In this document: one piece after another, positions 25,056-37,380 of the stretch
How the letters are laid out: each line of letters opens with the position of its first letter
Position numbering within the stretch: the stretch's first letter is position 1
Origin: Amoebophrya sp. A120
Taxonomy: Eukaryota > Protista > Dinoflagellata
Direction of reading: 5' to 3'
Length of the DNA: 64,000 nt
Assembly (NCBI GenBank): GCA_905178155.1
Contig: CAJINV010000002.1
Location: 10,272,146-10,336,145 of the forward strand
The notes under the pieces: generated by a model
Told to the model about the DNA's origin: nothing
The model's database searches: none
Seen by the model: only the letters and a program-made list of their open reading frames with translations
Program-made: the position numbers and the translations under genes

Positions 25056-28000
25056 CTAGGACCCGAGCTTCGGGACCGCGGGCGGGACAGGGGCTTGGTA
25101 TATCCTTGGAGCGACGTGCGGCCCCTGTTCGCCGGACAGTATGGAGGTGGAGAGGTCGTTCTGCAGCATCCCCGGGGCCTCCCCCGGTTGCTCGGCGGAC
25201 AAGACATTTGGATCTCGGATCTGCCGGTCATTCGACCGACACGAAGCCGTAGACAGGTCGTAGCTGATCGGACCGCTGTGGTTCACCACCGCGTACAATG
25301 AGTCCGGGTGGTTTTCCGGATTGTAGTTGAACATCGCCGCCTATGCATTGCAAATATGTCTGGGTCTGGAAACTTGTGATGCAAGAAAGGGAATAGTGAA
25401 CTCACTATGATGCGTTGCCAAGCATGACAAGTTTTTTTCATGGTTCTGAGTTGCGTACTCCGCATCACAAGCTGCGTTTTTGCATGACAGGGAGGAGGAG
25501 CTCTTCGCGGCCATGCAGCACAGAGTTCAGAGTCATGCCAGACTAGCATGACGAATCTCGCAATCTCCCAGACCCAGACACTTTTGCATTTGATACCGCC
25601 CACTCTCGAATTCGCGCCTGTTCTTGGTCGCCACGCGCCGCCGCCTGCCGCAGACCCCCACGGTCGGCGCTCTGTTCGGAAACGTCGTAGGAGCCGACTC
25701 TGGGAGGTTCCCTATTGTCATTGTATCCATCAAGGCAACGCTGGTAGTAAAAGTAATGCACAACCGCCAGAGCGGCGCTGATTAAAGCGAAACCGGAGAG
25801 ACCCGCCAGGACATGCAGGGCGGTGCTAGTGCCCCCATGACTGCCAAACGACGTCGGACCGGGTGCCGCCCAGCTTTCGTGTGAGTGGTCTACCTCTGGC
25901 ACATGTGACTTCGACGCTGGATCCGTTGAACTTGGATTTGCACGACCCCCGCCTGTCTGATTTTGCTTTTCCCCGAGCGTGCTTGAAGAGGCTGGCAACA
26001 AGAAATTATAAAGATTGTGACTTTGATTCTTTCCCTTTCCTTTTCCTTTTCCCTTTCCTTTTCCCGCCGGCGCCTCTGTTGTTTCACCCCATGGGAGGTT
26101 CCCGCCGTCCGCGCCCCCAGAAGCTGACTCACGACTTCCATTGCTCTGCGCCGTTGTGCTAGTTGTTAAAAAAGGCGGTGGGAAGTCGACACCGCAGGAC
26201 AAACTACCCGTGTGTCTTTCGAAGACAGGGGTATCATAGATGTGCCTGTCCGTCTGTGCCTTGTCTTCGACTGCAAGAAGGTCCTCCACTCCCTTGCCAT
26301 AAAAGCGGATCACGTCCCGGGGAAACGGGCGCAGGAGGCAGTAAGGAACCTCTGCGTCGGCATCCAGTGTGAAGGATCGGCAGCCGCTGGTGATGCGACA
26401 CAGCAGCTCGCAGGCAAAAAAACCCTGGGGGGGCCCCAGTATAGCGTAGGTCTGACTCGCAAGCAAGTGGACGGGCCGCTCTTGTTCATCTCTACTTACC
26501 ACCTGCTCCGCCAGCTGCGATCCTTCTTTCTTCATCTCGGCCAGAAGTCCTTCCCACTGCGCGACCGTTTTATCGTACCTCCACTCGGCCTTGCTCCACC
26601 GCGTCCACATGTTCCTCCACTGCACGGGTACGGCTGCAGGACCCAGCGGGACGATGTGCGAAATCCCCGACAGAAGCTCCTCCCCTTCCCAGGCTTCCCG
26701 CCACGAGGACTTCCGTACCATGTCAAACCGGTAGGCCTCTCCGCGTCGTGCGTCTTCCTCTAAGTTGCACTCCTTCCAGGCGCGCTGGCGGGGCGAACGC
26801 AGCGGACGAGGGTCGTCCTCCGAAAATGCACCATCCGCCGATGGTGCGAAATTCTTTTGCTCCTGCCCGACACGATGATCCGTGTGGCCGTCCTTTCGTT
26901 TCTTATCCGTTTTGCTGCCCTTGCTGATGTCCACCTTGTTGGGGCCATTCTTCTCCTCGCCCTTGTATTCACCAGCGGTAATTATCCAGGTAGTGGCGTC
27001 ACAAGGGAAGCCAACCGCTGTAGTATCCGGCTCCCGGTTGTAGTCACGACCGTCAGGCCTTTTATCATCCCTTAATCCATCGTGCACGACGAGCTCCACT
27101 CTGTCGGGCGGCTTGGAGAACAGCCGGCATCGCCAGCCTTCGTGATGCAAGACAGCCGGCAACTCTGTGTCTCGGATGCTATTTCGCGAACGAAACACCT
27201 CCCAACCGCGGCACGTGGCGGCCGGGATGCCGGGGAGTGAATGTTGATAGCCGGCGGGAAAAAGGGCGCAGGCGAGGGCGCACTTTTGCCGTGCGTGCGA
27301 GGCCGCAGCCTTCCTCCCCTCGTCGCTGGACTCGTTTTTTTGCGGGCACCAGAAATTCTGCCTTCCCATGTAGTTGTAGAGCCACTGCTTTCTCACGTTC
27401 TTTCCAACATCCGCGCCAGCCTGTTCGACCTCGGGAAGCGAATCCAGCAGCTTTGTGAAGTTGCTGGATACTTCCGCACCTTCAAGGTCCACCCAGCCGG
27501 CAGCATTGTCCCGAAATAAATTCACCCCGTCCACGTAGGTGACGACCTTTCCCTGCTTGTGTGCGCAGAGCTTCCGGTCGCTGCGATCTACAAAATCCAC
27601 GAGCCCCTCAGCTTCTCCCGCCGTCGTGCGGGACCCGGAGAGCGGAACCTCCAGCAGCATTACCGCCGGCACGTGTGCACTCTGCATCCCCTCCTCCGTT
27701 CGCGCGGCTTCCCGAAAGCCCGGCAGCTTGTCGTCCGCACCAATCACTTCATATCCGGATCCCGTTTCATACAAACCCGTCGGATAGGTGTCGACCGAGC
27801 AGCTACGCGGGGCAACAGAACCTTCTAGCACCTCATGTTCCATAGCATAGCTGGCAAAAGCATTCTCCCTCTCCACGTCTATGGAAATTCCGTCTCGGAC
27901 CTGCGGATACAGTAGCAGCCCGTTTCTTTTCCTCGGGTACTCCGGGTCACTCTCATCGCCCGTGAATTTACAACACAAGCACATGACATTTTTTTCGTTT

Positions 28001-28737
28001 GTGCATCCCTCGTACTTCCGCCCCGTGAAGTCAAAGGGAAACAGTAACTCGTGGTTGAAATAAGTAGCATCACGTTGGTCGCGGCCGTACCACCAAGGCG
28101 CCTCAACTATCTTTACGTTGGAATCAGGCTGATGTGTGCGCCACCATTTTGCAGAAGAAGCCGGTATACGGGCGGTCCAATGCCGCAAAACGAAGCCAGG
28201 TTGCAACGCACAGGATGCTGCCTCGTCGGCTGGAGCGTTATACCAATGGTGGCATTTCCAGCGCTGCGCAGTTGTACTGCTCGAAGAGGAAAAGTGTTCG
28301 CCTCCTGCAAGGGCTGTTGAGTGTCCTCGTTCCCCTCGTGCAGCGGAGCCAGATGCTAGGAAGGACGCAGATGTTGTATTTTTTAACAAGCTATGACGCA
28401 CCTCACGGCTACGTTCTTGTGTTTGCGCCGTTGTCGAGAGTAATCGCTGCTTGCTTTCTAGCAGACTCCGTGTGGTCCTCTCGCGCGGCCGTGCCGTTAA
28501 TGTAGTTGTTTGCAACAAGAAATCCTGCTGGTCCGCCTGCTCCGGCGCTTCAGTCTGCTCCGCTGCGGGGGGTCTATTCGCATTTATTTTCGATAGCAGA
28601 GGTCCGTCACTTTTCTCATTCTGGTTCGACAACAGAAGCCCGACTGCTTTCGTTAGCTCACGTCCCGGAAAAAAAACAGCCGCAATAAGGGAACGCCGCT
28701 TGACGAAACAAATCTTGGGGCACGCGAAGCGAGACAT
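25056..28737 (-). CDS. Type I membrane protein with PAN/apple-like Cys modules (~1140 aa)
   Basis: CALAC...TCRGWEV...CRLF and CELLCRITSGCRSFTL...CLLR patterns; TM segment VLAGLSGFALISAALAVVHYFYY. Joins ORF 25056..25334 (RIREWA|AMFNYNP) after removal of 25342-25595. Confidence 0.65.
25342..25595. mobile_element. Introner-like TIR element, family A2 (254 bp), TSD CCGCC
   Basis: CCGCC at 25337-25341 and 25596-25600; family A TIRs (TGTCTGGGTCTGG core); interior similar to 51321-51574. Confidence 0.95.
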
Positions 28738-30021
28738 GGTTCTTCACACGCACAAGTTTGACAAACAAGACTTTTACTGATGACAAACACAAAAAGGATG
28801 AGGCTGCAACTACCACTTCGTTCGCTGTACACCAGCGGCACCAAGGATGAGAGAGACTGCTCCTTCGTTCGTTGTGAAGCCAAATAAATGTTGAGACGAA
28901 TACCTGTAGTCCTCCGGGTACATAAAAATTTGAAGTGTTGTACATAAATGTCCCGCAGCAGAGCCACAAAAATGTCGATGTCCTCATTTGACATATAACC
29001 ATTTCACCACACGAAGAGATGAAGATGAAGAACGACCTGGACGATAAATACGAATTCGCTGAACGATACGACATCGACACCCGTGTCGTGCGCTTACTTT
29101 CAGAGGATGTAATAACAATAAGAAAAAGTTGGGTGCACGAAAGAAATAAACGCCGATATGAGTACGAGAATGTGCAAGCTACTGACTTCTTGGCAACACT
29201 TTACAATCCTCAGAACTGTTAAAGTTAGACGAAACGACAAGAAGTTCTTACAACGCAGAGAGGACGACATCAACGAGACAAGAAAGCTACATGCAGTATC
29301 GATCCTCCTTGACGTCTTCAGTAACATAACAAACAAAAACTTTGCAACCAATTTGCAACAAGCAGACGAAGCGCCAGCCTGCTAGGAAAGACAATGAAAG
29401 CAGGTACTAACTTTCTGGCAAAGATTCTTTTTCAATCCGCGTATTTATATGTAAGCAACAGGTTGCGTTTCGCATCTTGGATCATATCAGGTGCAAATCA
29501 GGGTGCTAAGCCGATGGCTTCTGCCCGCCTGAAATGCAAAAAAAAGGTGCAGTAGTGTCGCAAAATAGTGCAGTCGTATCGGGCGAAAGTCAGGCCACGA
29601 CTGGAGTGTTGCTGTTCCTCAAACAAGAGCAAGACGCAAGCAGACGAGAGGTGTTAAGGGAACTCGTAGTGGAAAGGGTCACAACATAGAAAGATCAAGC
29701 ACTTTGTTCTCCGGTGATAAAACAAAACAGCCACTCACTCTTGCAATGCGTAATTACTAATGCGTTCTTTGTTCTCCACGAGGTGCCTAAGAACAAAGCC
29801 TCTCGACGCAACTTTGTTGATGCTTATTTGGCTGAAAATAAGTACAGCAGATCGAGCATCATAGCAGCCGCAAAAAAGAGCAAAATGTCACGGTGGTCGT
29901 AGTCGTTGTCGTAAAACAAGGGGGGCAAAATCAATGTCAGACATCTTCGTGCTTTCATCATTTACGTTGTCGCCTGCGTAGTTTATTCAGACACAGTGGA
30001 AGCAACTCCGGCTTCAAGAGC

Positions 30022-33000
30022 CTAAGCTGCCGGTTTTTTCGCGGAAACTTCCCTGAACGCCCTGGCGGCGGCCTCAGGGTTTTCCATTTTCCCGCCGGCT
30101 TCGCTGATGTAATAGTTAAAAAGTCGCTTGATCTCGTCTTTTATCTGCTGCCGTTGCTCCGGACTCGGTCCCCCGGACGTAGGCCTGGCCGGCGGGGCGA
30201 AGGACGCTGCAGCGGAGGTCGCCGTCGCCTCCTTCCGCACTGCTCCTCGGGTGCACACGCCATCCGGCGTACAGGTCGTCACCATGTCGCCGTCTTGTCC
30301 GCTAGTGGAGGTGCTAGAAGTGTTGGTCGGTGGTATGACTGTTCCGCCAGTGGCAGCGGTGCCACTCGTGCAAGTCGCTGTAGATGCGCAAGCTGCTGCT
30401 CCTCCGTCGTTCTTCGACGCGCCGCTAGTAAAAGTCTCCTTCTCCGTGGCAGAAGTGGAGGAAGCGCTCGACGCGGATGTTGTGTCGACCGTGGAGGTCG
30501 TCGTTTGAGCTGCTTCTTTTTCTTGTTCCTTTCTGTACACCACTCCGATGTTGTGCACGTGGCCGCCGAAGCCCCCGTAGAGGCCGCAAATGTCCTTGCC
30601 CTCGAAGCAAAACTTCTCACCGCCCGTGGACGCCCCAGCGCTGATCTGCTGCCCCGCGGAGGTGTGAATCTCCAGTCGATCCACGATCGCCCCGGCGCCG
30701 CCGCAAACCTTGACGATCCTCTCGCCAGGCGCAAGCGTGATCTCCTTCCTCTTGCAGTCCGCAGCATCGCCGTTCCAACGCGGCGGGTGTTTGGAGCTGG
30801 GCACGTCGCGGTAGATTAGCTGAAAGTGGATTTTTTCAAATTCAGCTTCTTCGGGGGTTCTTTACAGAAGTAGTCAACACCAGATGAATACTTATACTAC
30901 TTACACTATGTATAATCATTTTGCAAAAAAAACACTCAATAGAAGAACAAGAACTCCAGTGGTAATAAGACTTTTGCATCTTCACTTCTGTCAACAGTGA
31001 AGTGCAAGTTCCAGACACTCCCCAAATCGTATAGATACCTGCAATCCATGGCAAAACTGGCCGTCCCAGATGATGACTTTCGCTACTTCCTTTTCTTGTT
31101 CTTCGTCCGCGAAGGTTTTTGTATCTGCGTGGCTGCCGCCAAAGTTAGTTTTCCCCAACTCTCCGCGCCCTCTTCTCCACGCCTGGTCGCCCGATTCGCG
31201 GGCATTCAGGTTTTTCGCGTCGATCTCGCCCGCATTGTACTTTTCGAAGCAATTTTCCAGCAGTTTCTGTTCCCCTGTTCGGCGCTTGTCCAAAAACGCA
31301 CGCCGCTTGTTCTTCACGTCGTCGCCCCCGTCGAGGCTCGCCAGATCCTCGTCCTCACAATGCGACCGGACCACCGTGAAGAGTCGCTTCACCTCGTTCT
31401 CATCGGCAAAAAAGTTTCGCGTCAGCGCGGGCAGACCCTTCTTGGTGTAGCGCCTGGAGACGTCTTCGCAGTGGTCGCGCGCGTAGGCGAACAGATACTC
31501 CAGATTCTTTCCCCAACCTGAATATATTGAAAAGATTTTGATGCTTGCATACAATGCACTGATCTTGGTCGTGTTGGGACCACCATAAGTACAGTGAGCT
31601 ACGAAGAATTGTAGCGAGCCTCCACCTCTCCTGCTTGCTAACCAATAACATAGTCATGTGGGCCTTGATTCAAGATTGATGACCAGGCGATCGGAAAGAG
31701 AGAAAAAAACTTGTCGTATATTTTTCGCGGAAAATCATCAATACCTTGCTCATAGAGCAACGGCGCATCAATCGTGGCTTCGCAACTGTCCACGTGGATC
31801 CATTCTTCCCTACTTTTCAGCCACACTTCGTTCCACACGTGGTCGGTAAAATCCACGATGTAGCGGGTCTCGAACCCCACGGCCCGGAGCATCGCCGCGA
31901 AGCAGTTGGCCCACTCGCCGCACCGGCCGAGCCGGGTCTGCAGCAGTTTGAAGACGTTGTTGTAGCGCGGAAAGCGCTGCTCTTTGCCCGTCGTGTCGCA
32001 ACGATAAAGTTCCGTGTTGTGGCTCGCGAAAATGGCCTCCGCTTCATTTGACCGGCAGCCGCCGACGCCGGAGCACACTCCGTTTTCAACGTGAATCGAC
32101 TTGGGCTTCGCCGCAGGCCACGAGAAAAATTCGTGCTTGAACCTAAGTTTTTGATATTACATGATGGATTCGACATTCAAGGAATTCTTGTGTGTGAGTG
32201 AGACTGCCGCGATAAGGGAGGTATGCCCATTCTTATACCCTTGATTAGTACAAAGCCACACTTACGTCGCGGGAGCAGCATTCGGCATGACGTTATACTG
32301 GATAAATTCAAAAGATTGATTTGTTCCCCGATGTCGATGGTATTGCAATGAATCATGACCCCATTGTGAACATCAAATTGATGAATACCACTTGACTAAG
32401 ACGTCCAGAAACGCCTGATCGAAGGCCATGGTGCCGGACTTCGCCCTTTCCAGTGCAGTTTCGTACAGCTTCGGGATCGGGATCTGTAGCAAGCACGCGG
32501 TCTGCATTTCCCGATCCTCGTACCCGCGGACCTTCGTCGCATCGCCGAACACGCGGCTCCACTTGTGCGGGGCCAAGTTCAGCGCCCCGGCCTTCGCCTG
32601 CAGCATCGCCTGCATCTGCTGTTTGGTTTGCAGGTCTGGGTCGACCACCTTGCCGGCGAACTGAAACGGGTCGTCTTCGCTGCCGGAGAAGTTTCCCAAA
32701 ACGTAAACTTTCACCTTCCTCCCCTGGTGCTGCGCCTCCTTCAATTGGTCGAGGATTGCAAAAAAGTCCGACAACCCCGGATCTACCGTGCAGGAGGTGG
32801 ACGCCGCTCCCTCTGCGGCTATCCCGTCGAAGAACACGCGCTGCTGCTCGGGCTCGATGTTGGTCAGCGAAAACAACTGGTAGCGGAAGGTCGTGAGCGC
32901 CTCCTCCTCAGTCTGGCTCGGGTCCACTTCGATGGAGAAAGGTTCGGAAATGCTCTCCCCGAGCTCTTCCCCGATCGCTTTCGGGTCCGTGAAAATTACT

Positions 33001-36000
33001 TCGGCGTCGATCTGCTCGGTTTGGGCCAGCTGCGAGATGCGCGACCGAGTGCTGGTTTGGATCACGGGGGACAGCACCGTGCTGGTCGTGTGCCCGGACG
33101 CGACCGAGTCCGTGGACTGCGCTAGGAAGGCGGAGGAAGAAGCCCCTCCGGCTGCACCGATCATCTTCACGCTCTGCAGAAAGTCCGGCTGGGTGATCAG
33201 CTCGCGGCCGTTCACGTCAATCTTCCCGTTTTTCCAGTACAAGACCACGCTCGGCACGCCGCGCAGCCCCAGCTGCTGCATTAACACCTTCGTGCGCTGC
33301 TGGCTCGTCGGGAAATCCAACGCGAGCCACGGCATCAGCCCATAGTATTCGTTCCAGTCAGCCTGGCTATTGTCCAGGGAAGCAAACACGAACTTCACCG
33401 ATTTCCGAAGCAAATGCGCTCGGAGGTGTTTCTCGATCAAACGGGGGGTGAATCTGAGCAGTATTGTAAGAATTTTCGATACTGTAAAAATATTGGTTTT
33501 TAAGTTTTAGATAAATTAATATTATTCCGGAGCGTGTGTGTCGGGAGCGGCGAAAGTCCCCAGACCTGGTATATGATTTTTGTTTTCAATGGTTGTAGAA
33601 ATTAAAAAAAGCATATGTGTTCTATTGCGTTAATTAAATTTGCCACACATGTGCATCAGGTCGCGAATTAACTTCAACATAAACAAGAACTGATAGCAGA
33701 CACACACACACCCTGGGCACATGCAGGCCCACACAGGACAGCCATCAAAAAATATTTTTTTCCTCACACACGATGTTGCCCAAATTATTTTTCTCCAATA
33801 CACACAATCCGGGAACTAATTAATTTCTCAGAAACTCAGTTTCTGAGAAATTAATTAATTCCCGGACCGCCTCTGTGTAGCGCTCCGCTATAAGGAGGTC
33901 GGAACGGCGCCGAGCCGCTCTCCTGCTCGCCCCTGATTTCGGCAAGTTGGCGACGAGCAGGCGACGTTCGTGCGCGTTGGCTGATGGCTTGGCTGCGGCT
34001 TGAATGATCTTCAAAGCCAGGCAACCGGCCAAAGCATGAAGCGGCGCACCCACCGGGCCTGTCATCGGCCAAGGCACGGCGGCGCGCCCCCGCTGGGGCT
34101 GCGCGCCATCGCAGGCTGGCATTTTCCTGCGCCCTCCCGCCCGCGCGCGCAAAGACGGGGCCACGCTTGCGCTCGCCAGTCTGGCGCCCTGCCGGGGATG
34201 CTGGGGCTGCGCCCGGGGACCGATAAACACGCTTGCGCGTGAAGGCTGCAAAGGCCCTCACTTTTCTAGGTTGGGCTGTGTAGCGCACGCTAATCTTCCT
34301 GCGCGCGCTGCGCGCGCGCGCAGGTGGGTCACTGCGGGCGCAAGTGCAACCTCAAGCGCGCTCAGCGAGTACATGCGTGGGCGCAACGGTGAAGCGCGCC
34401 AAATCTTTGCGCGCGCACCAGCCAGACCACCAACACCGGCGGCATCTACTCCAGCGAACCATCAACCAAACGAAACCCAGCGCAGCCTCATGGTTTTCGC
34501 GCTAAAAGCGGCACATAGGTGATACGGATTTGCGATGTATAGGCTACAATGATTAATGGAGATAAGATATTGCAGCTTCGCGGACCGCCTGGCAGCCAGG
34601 AGCGCCGGCCAGCGCCGTCGTCGACTTTGCCCTCGTCCAGCTTGTGGTGGAATCCAGTGGAGGGCAGCGAGGGATCCGGCGCCGCCCCAACCTCCTTCTA
34701 CCTGAAGCGGACACACAGGTCTCCAGGAATTAATTAATTTCTCAGAAACTCAGTTTCTCAGAAATTAATTAATTACTGGAGAACCTGTATCGACGGATAT
34801 TTTTCCCGCCGGATGTGTGTGTTGGAAAAAATATTGCGCCACTGGTTGTGTCTGTCGTCCGAAACCGGCCGCCCCCTCTACCTGTATGGTCCGAAAAACG
34901 CTGCCCCGGGAGGTCTCTGTCCAAAAATGCCGTCTTCGCGGGCGTCGCCTGTCGCCGAAAATCCGCCGCTGCGTTGCGCCCGTCCCGGATCCGCTCCAAC
35001 CCGACAGGGGGACGCCGCTCCCGACACACACGCTCCGGAATGATATTAATTTATCTAAAACTTAAAAACCAATATTTTTACAGCCCCGAATTTTCTGATG
35101 AATGATGTGCGTGAACAAACGTATGAGAACGTCGATCGTGACTACGCACAGCTCACTAGTGGTCTTTGACTTTGACATTGCTAAGCAGGACCACGAAATA
35201 AAATACTTAATGCGGAGGAATCAGAATAGCGGATTCATTTTCAATACTGTCTGCAGGGGGGGCACCAGTGCGCGGAGAAGTACAGGACGACGCAGTCCGC
35301 GTCCTTCAGCTCCTCTTCGGTGTCCACATACACCGATTTCTGCGGGAACTTGTCGTGGTCCACCTTTTTCAACAACCTCGGACCGACCACCGCGCTCATC
35401 GGCATGCGGACGTTCCCAAAAGGATTCACGGACATCAGACTGTTCGAGGTCATTTGGTTGTCTTGTTCGTCGGACGAATTCCGGTCTTCTTCTCCGCTTT
35501 CACCGCTACTCTGTTCGCTCCCTTCACTGCCTTCCTCGTCGTGTCCGCCCTGGTCGTTGTTGCTAGATGATGAAGTAGCTCCTCCACGAACACGCGTGGC
35601 CTGGTCGCTCCTCGGAAGTCGAGCGCCTCCTGCCCGACGGTCTTGCGACTCGTGCTGCTCGACGCTGGTATTATACTCCTCGCTGGAGGAATCCTCGTCC
35701 CGCCGGTGCTCCACACCGGGAAAATGCCCCACGCCGCGGAGCTGGTGCTCGTGCCGTTCCCCGCGGCCGCCCTGCTGAGGTTGTAGTTGCTCTTCGCTAG
35801 AGTTGTTTGCCTCGACGCGAGGGGTAGAACTAGTGGCCGTCCCAGTGGTGGTGGCCGTCCACGTCGAGGAGCTTGAGGAGGAGGAGGCTCGTCCGGCAAT
35901 GCCCTGGAAGAAGTTTAGCAGAGAAAAGCCGCTGGCTCCCGAACGCACGGTGGTACTGCGGGCTAACGGTGGGTCGTCTTCGCGTTCCGGGTCGTGCTCG

Positions 36001-36437
36001 TGGCCGTCTCCTACTACTTGTAATTTGGTCTTAGCAACGGTGAGAGCGGTGACACCTCCTACACCGCCTGTATGATAATTCCTAGTTGAAAGCGATGATG
36101 AATACGGGTCGAGAGCAGGTGATAAAAAACCTAAACCACTGAACGAGCTGGTTGCGCAATAAAGGGCTACTTTGGCAAGGAAATTTCTCGAATGGGTAGA
36201 TGAAGAGGGTGTTGATCCACCACTTTTGTGGGCCGAAGAAGTGGTCTCGGACAAAGACTTCTTTGTGCCGTTCTTGTTGCAATTATACTGGGTAGTATTT
36301 GTTCTAAAAGTTGTTTTTGGGTAGGTCTGAGTATTTTTTGGGGTTACTCCTGTAGAGGCGGAGGTCCTGCCGCCACGTTTGGGAGTTGAAGAAAGAGGCG
36401 AAATAGAACGACCGCAATCAAGAAGAGCAGGAGCCAT
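30022..36437 (-). CDS. PNG1: Peptide:N-glycanase (NGLY1/Png1 family) fused to an N-terminal WCPPC thioredoxin and UBL-like segment and a C-terminal jacalin-like lectin (~1309 aa)
   Basis: RFPRYNN...TRLGRCGEWANCF...DHVWNEV...WIHVDSCE...YEQGWGK...SGDQAWRRGRGE (Cys-His-Asp triad). Also LYFSAHWCPPCRQFTP, FRYQLFSLTNIEPEQQRV, and GERIVKVCGGAGAIVDRLEIHTS...GLYGGFGGHVHNIGV. GT-AG introns 33454-35247, 32143-32388, 31518-31744 and 30820-31038 give 3930 nt in frame. Confidence 0.9.
33808..33866. repeat. Long hairpin/palindrome, copy 1 (28-bp arms, TCA loop)
   Basis: TCCGGGAACTAATTAATTTCTCAGAAAC-TCA-GTTTCTGAGAAATTAATTAATTCCCGGA, 1 mismatch. Confidence 0.9.
34715..34788. repeat. Long hairpin/palindrome, copy 2 (same core, different outer arms)
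   Basis: ACAGGTCTCCAGGAATTAATTAATTTCTCAGAAAC-TCA-GTTTCTCAGAAATTAATTAATTACTGGAGAACCTGT. Confidence 0.9.
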
Positions 36438-37380
36438 TTTTTGAATTGTCTCTTGCTTCGTCTGAGAATAGAAGTTCAAGTTTCTTCGAGACGTGCTGAA
36501 TATGCATATGCATTTAGAATCGTCCTAACTTCTCGCTCGAGTTTCGTTAAAAATATTTATGAGATGAACGCCCCAAAATCTGATATTCCAATTTGAGTTC
36601 TCCACCTATCACTGGTTCCTATTAAATTGGTTTTTGATTTTTGATGAGAGGAATATCTGAATCGACGTTGTTAGAGTCGAACTTTGCGTTTTTTTACCTG
36701 CGCGATTATTTTCTTCCAGAAGTGGTTTTCTACGAGATGTGGAAAGCGTAGAGCAACAAGGTCCTGCACTTCATCAAGTGAAAACTGACTGCGCAGTCGG
36801 CAAGTTACTTATAATTTGTACGTGGACGGAGACGGTGGGTCAAAAATGTCAAGAAACGCACGTACGATGAATTTGTAAAAACGCATCAACAAAAACACCG
36901 CGTAGAATTATGCGCCTCCAGTGATTCAATGATAAGTAGGGGTAGCAAAAGCAAGCTATCTCTATGAAAGGTAGGGGTTTTTCTATCTCTATAGTAGCGG
37001 TAGGAGTGCTCCACTAGGACAGAGTCAGAAACCAGGTGATCTTGTTTTACAGAGGTTCCCACACGAAAACCTGTGCCAGTATTTGTTATCAACAAATTAC
37101 ACTTGAGCTTTTGCGCACTGTTGTCAAAACCACGAAGGCCGGGAAATGCGACGGCATACAGGACTTGATCGAAATTTCAAAAAAGCTGCGGATCTTCGTA
37201 AGATTGCTGATTTCATTGGCACCAATACCGAAGTCTTGATGATCTTACCGAACAAAAAAAAACCTGTTTAAAACACAAACATCAATCATGCCGTCGATTT
37301 TCCTTGCATTTGATCGAGACGTGCGACCGAGGCTGAGAAAGAGAGTTTCCTCCTTTTTGCTTCTTTAGGTTGATCGAAAT

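Larger units (their letters stand above)
33478..35087. mobile_element. Non-autonomous DNA-transposon-like element (1610 bp) with 71-bp TIR and putative 8-bp TSD GAATTTTC, inside PNGase intron 1
   Basis: 33482-33552 and 35013-35083 are inverted copies with 1 mismatch. GAATTTTC occurs at 33470-33477 and 35088-35095. No transposase motif recognised inside. Confidence 0.85.

Noticed and set aside
33459-35249. PNGase intron 1 as a TAT...ATA introner (CAGTATTG/CAATACTG ends)
   Set aside because: Only an 8-bp inverted match with no 5-bp TSD, and a canonical GT-AG explains the join.
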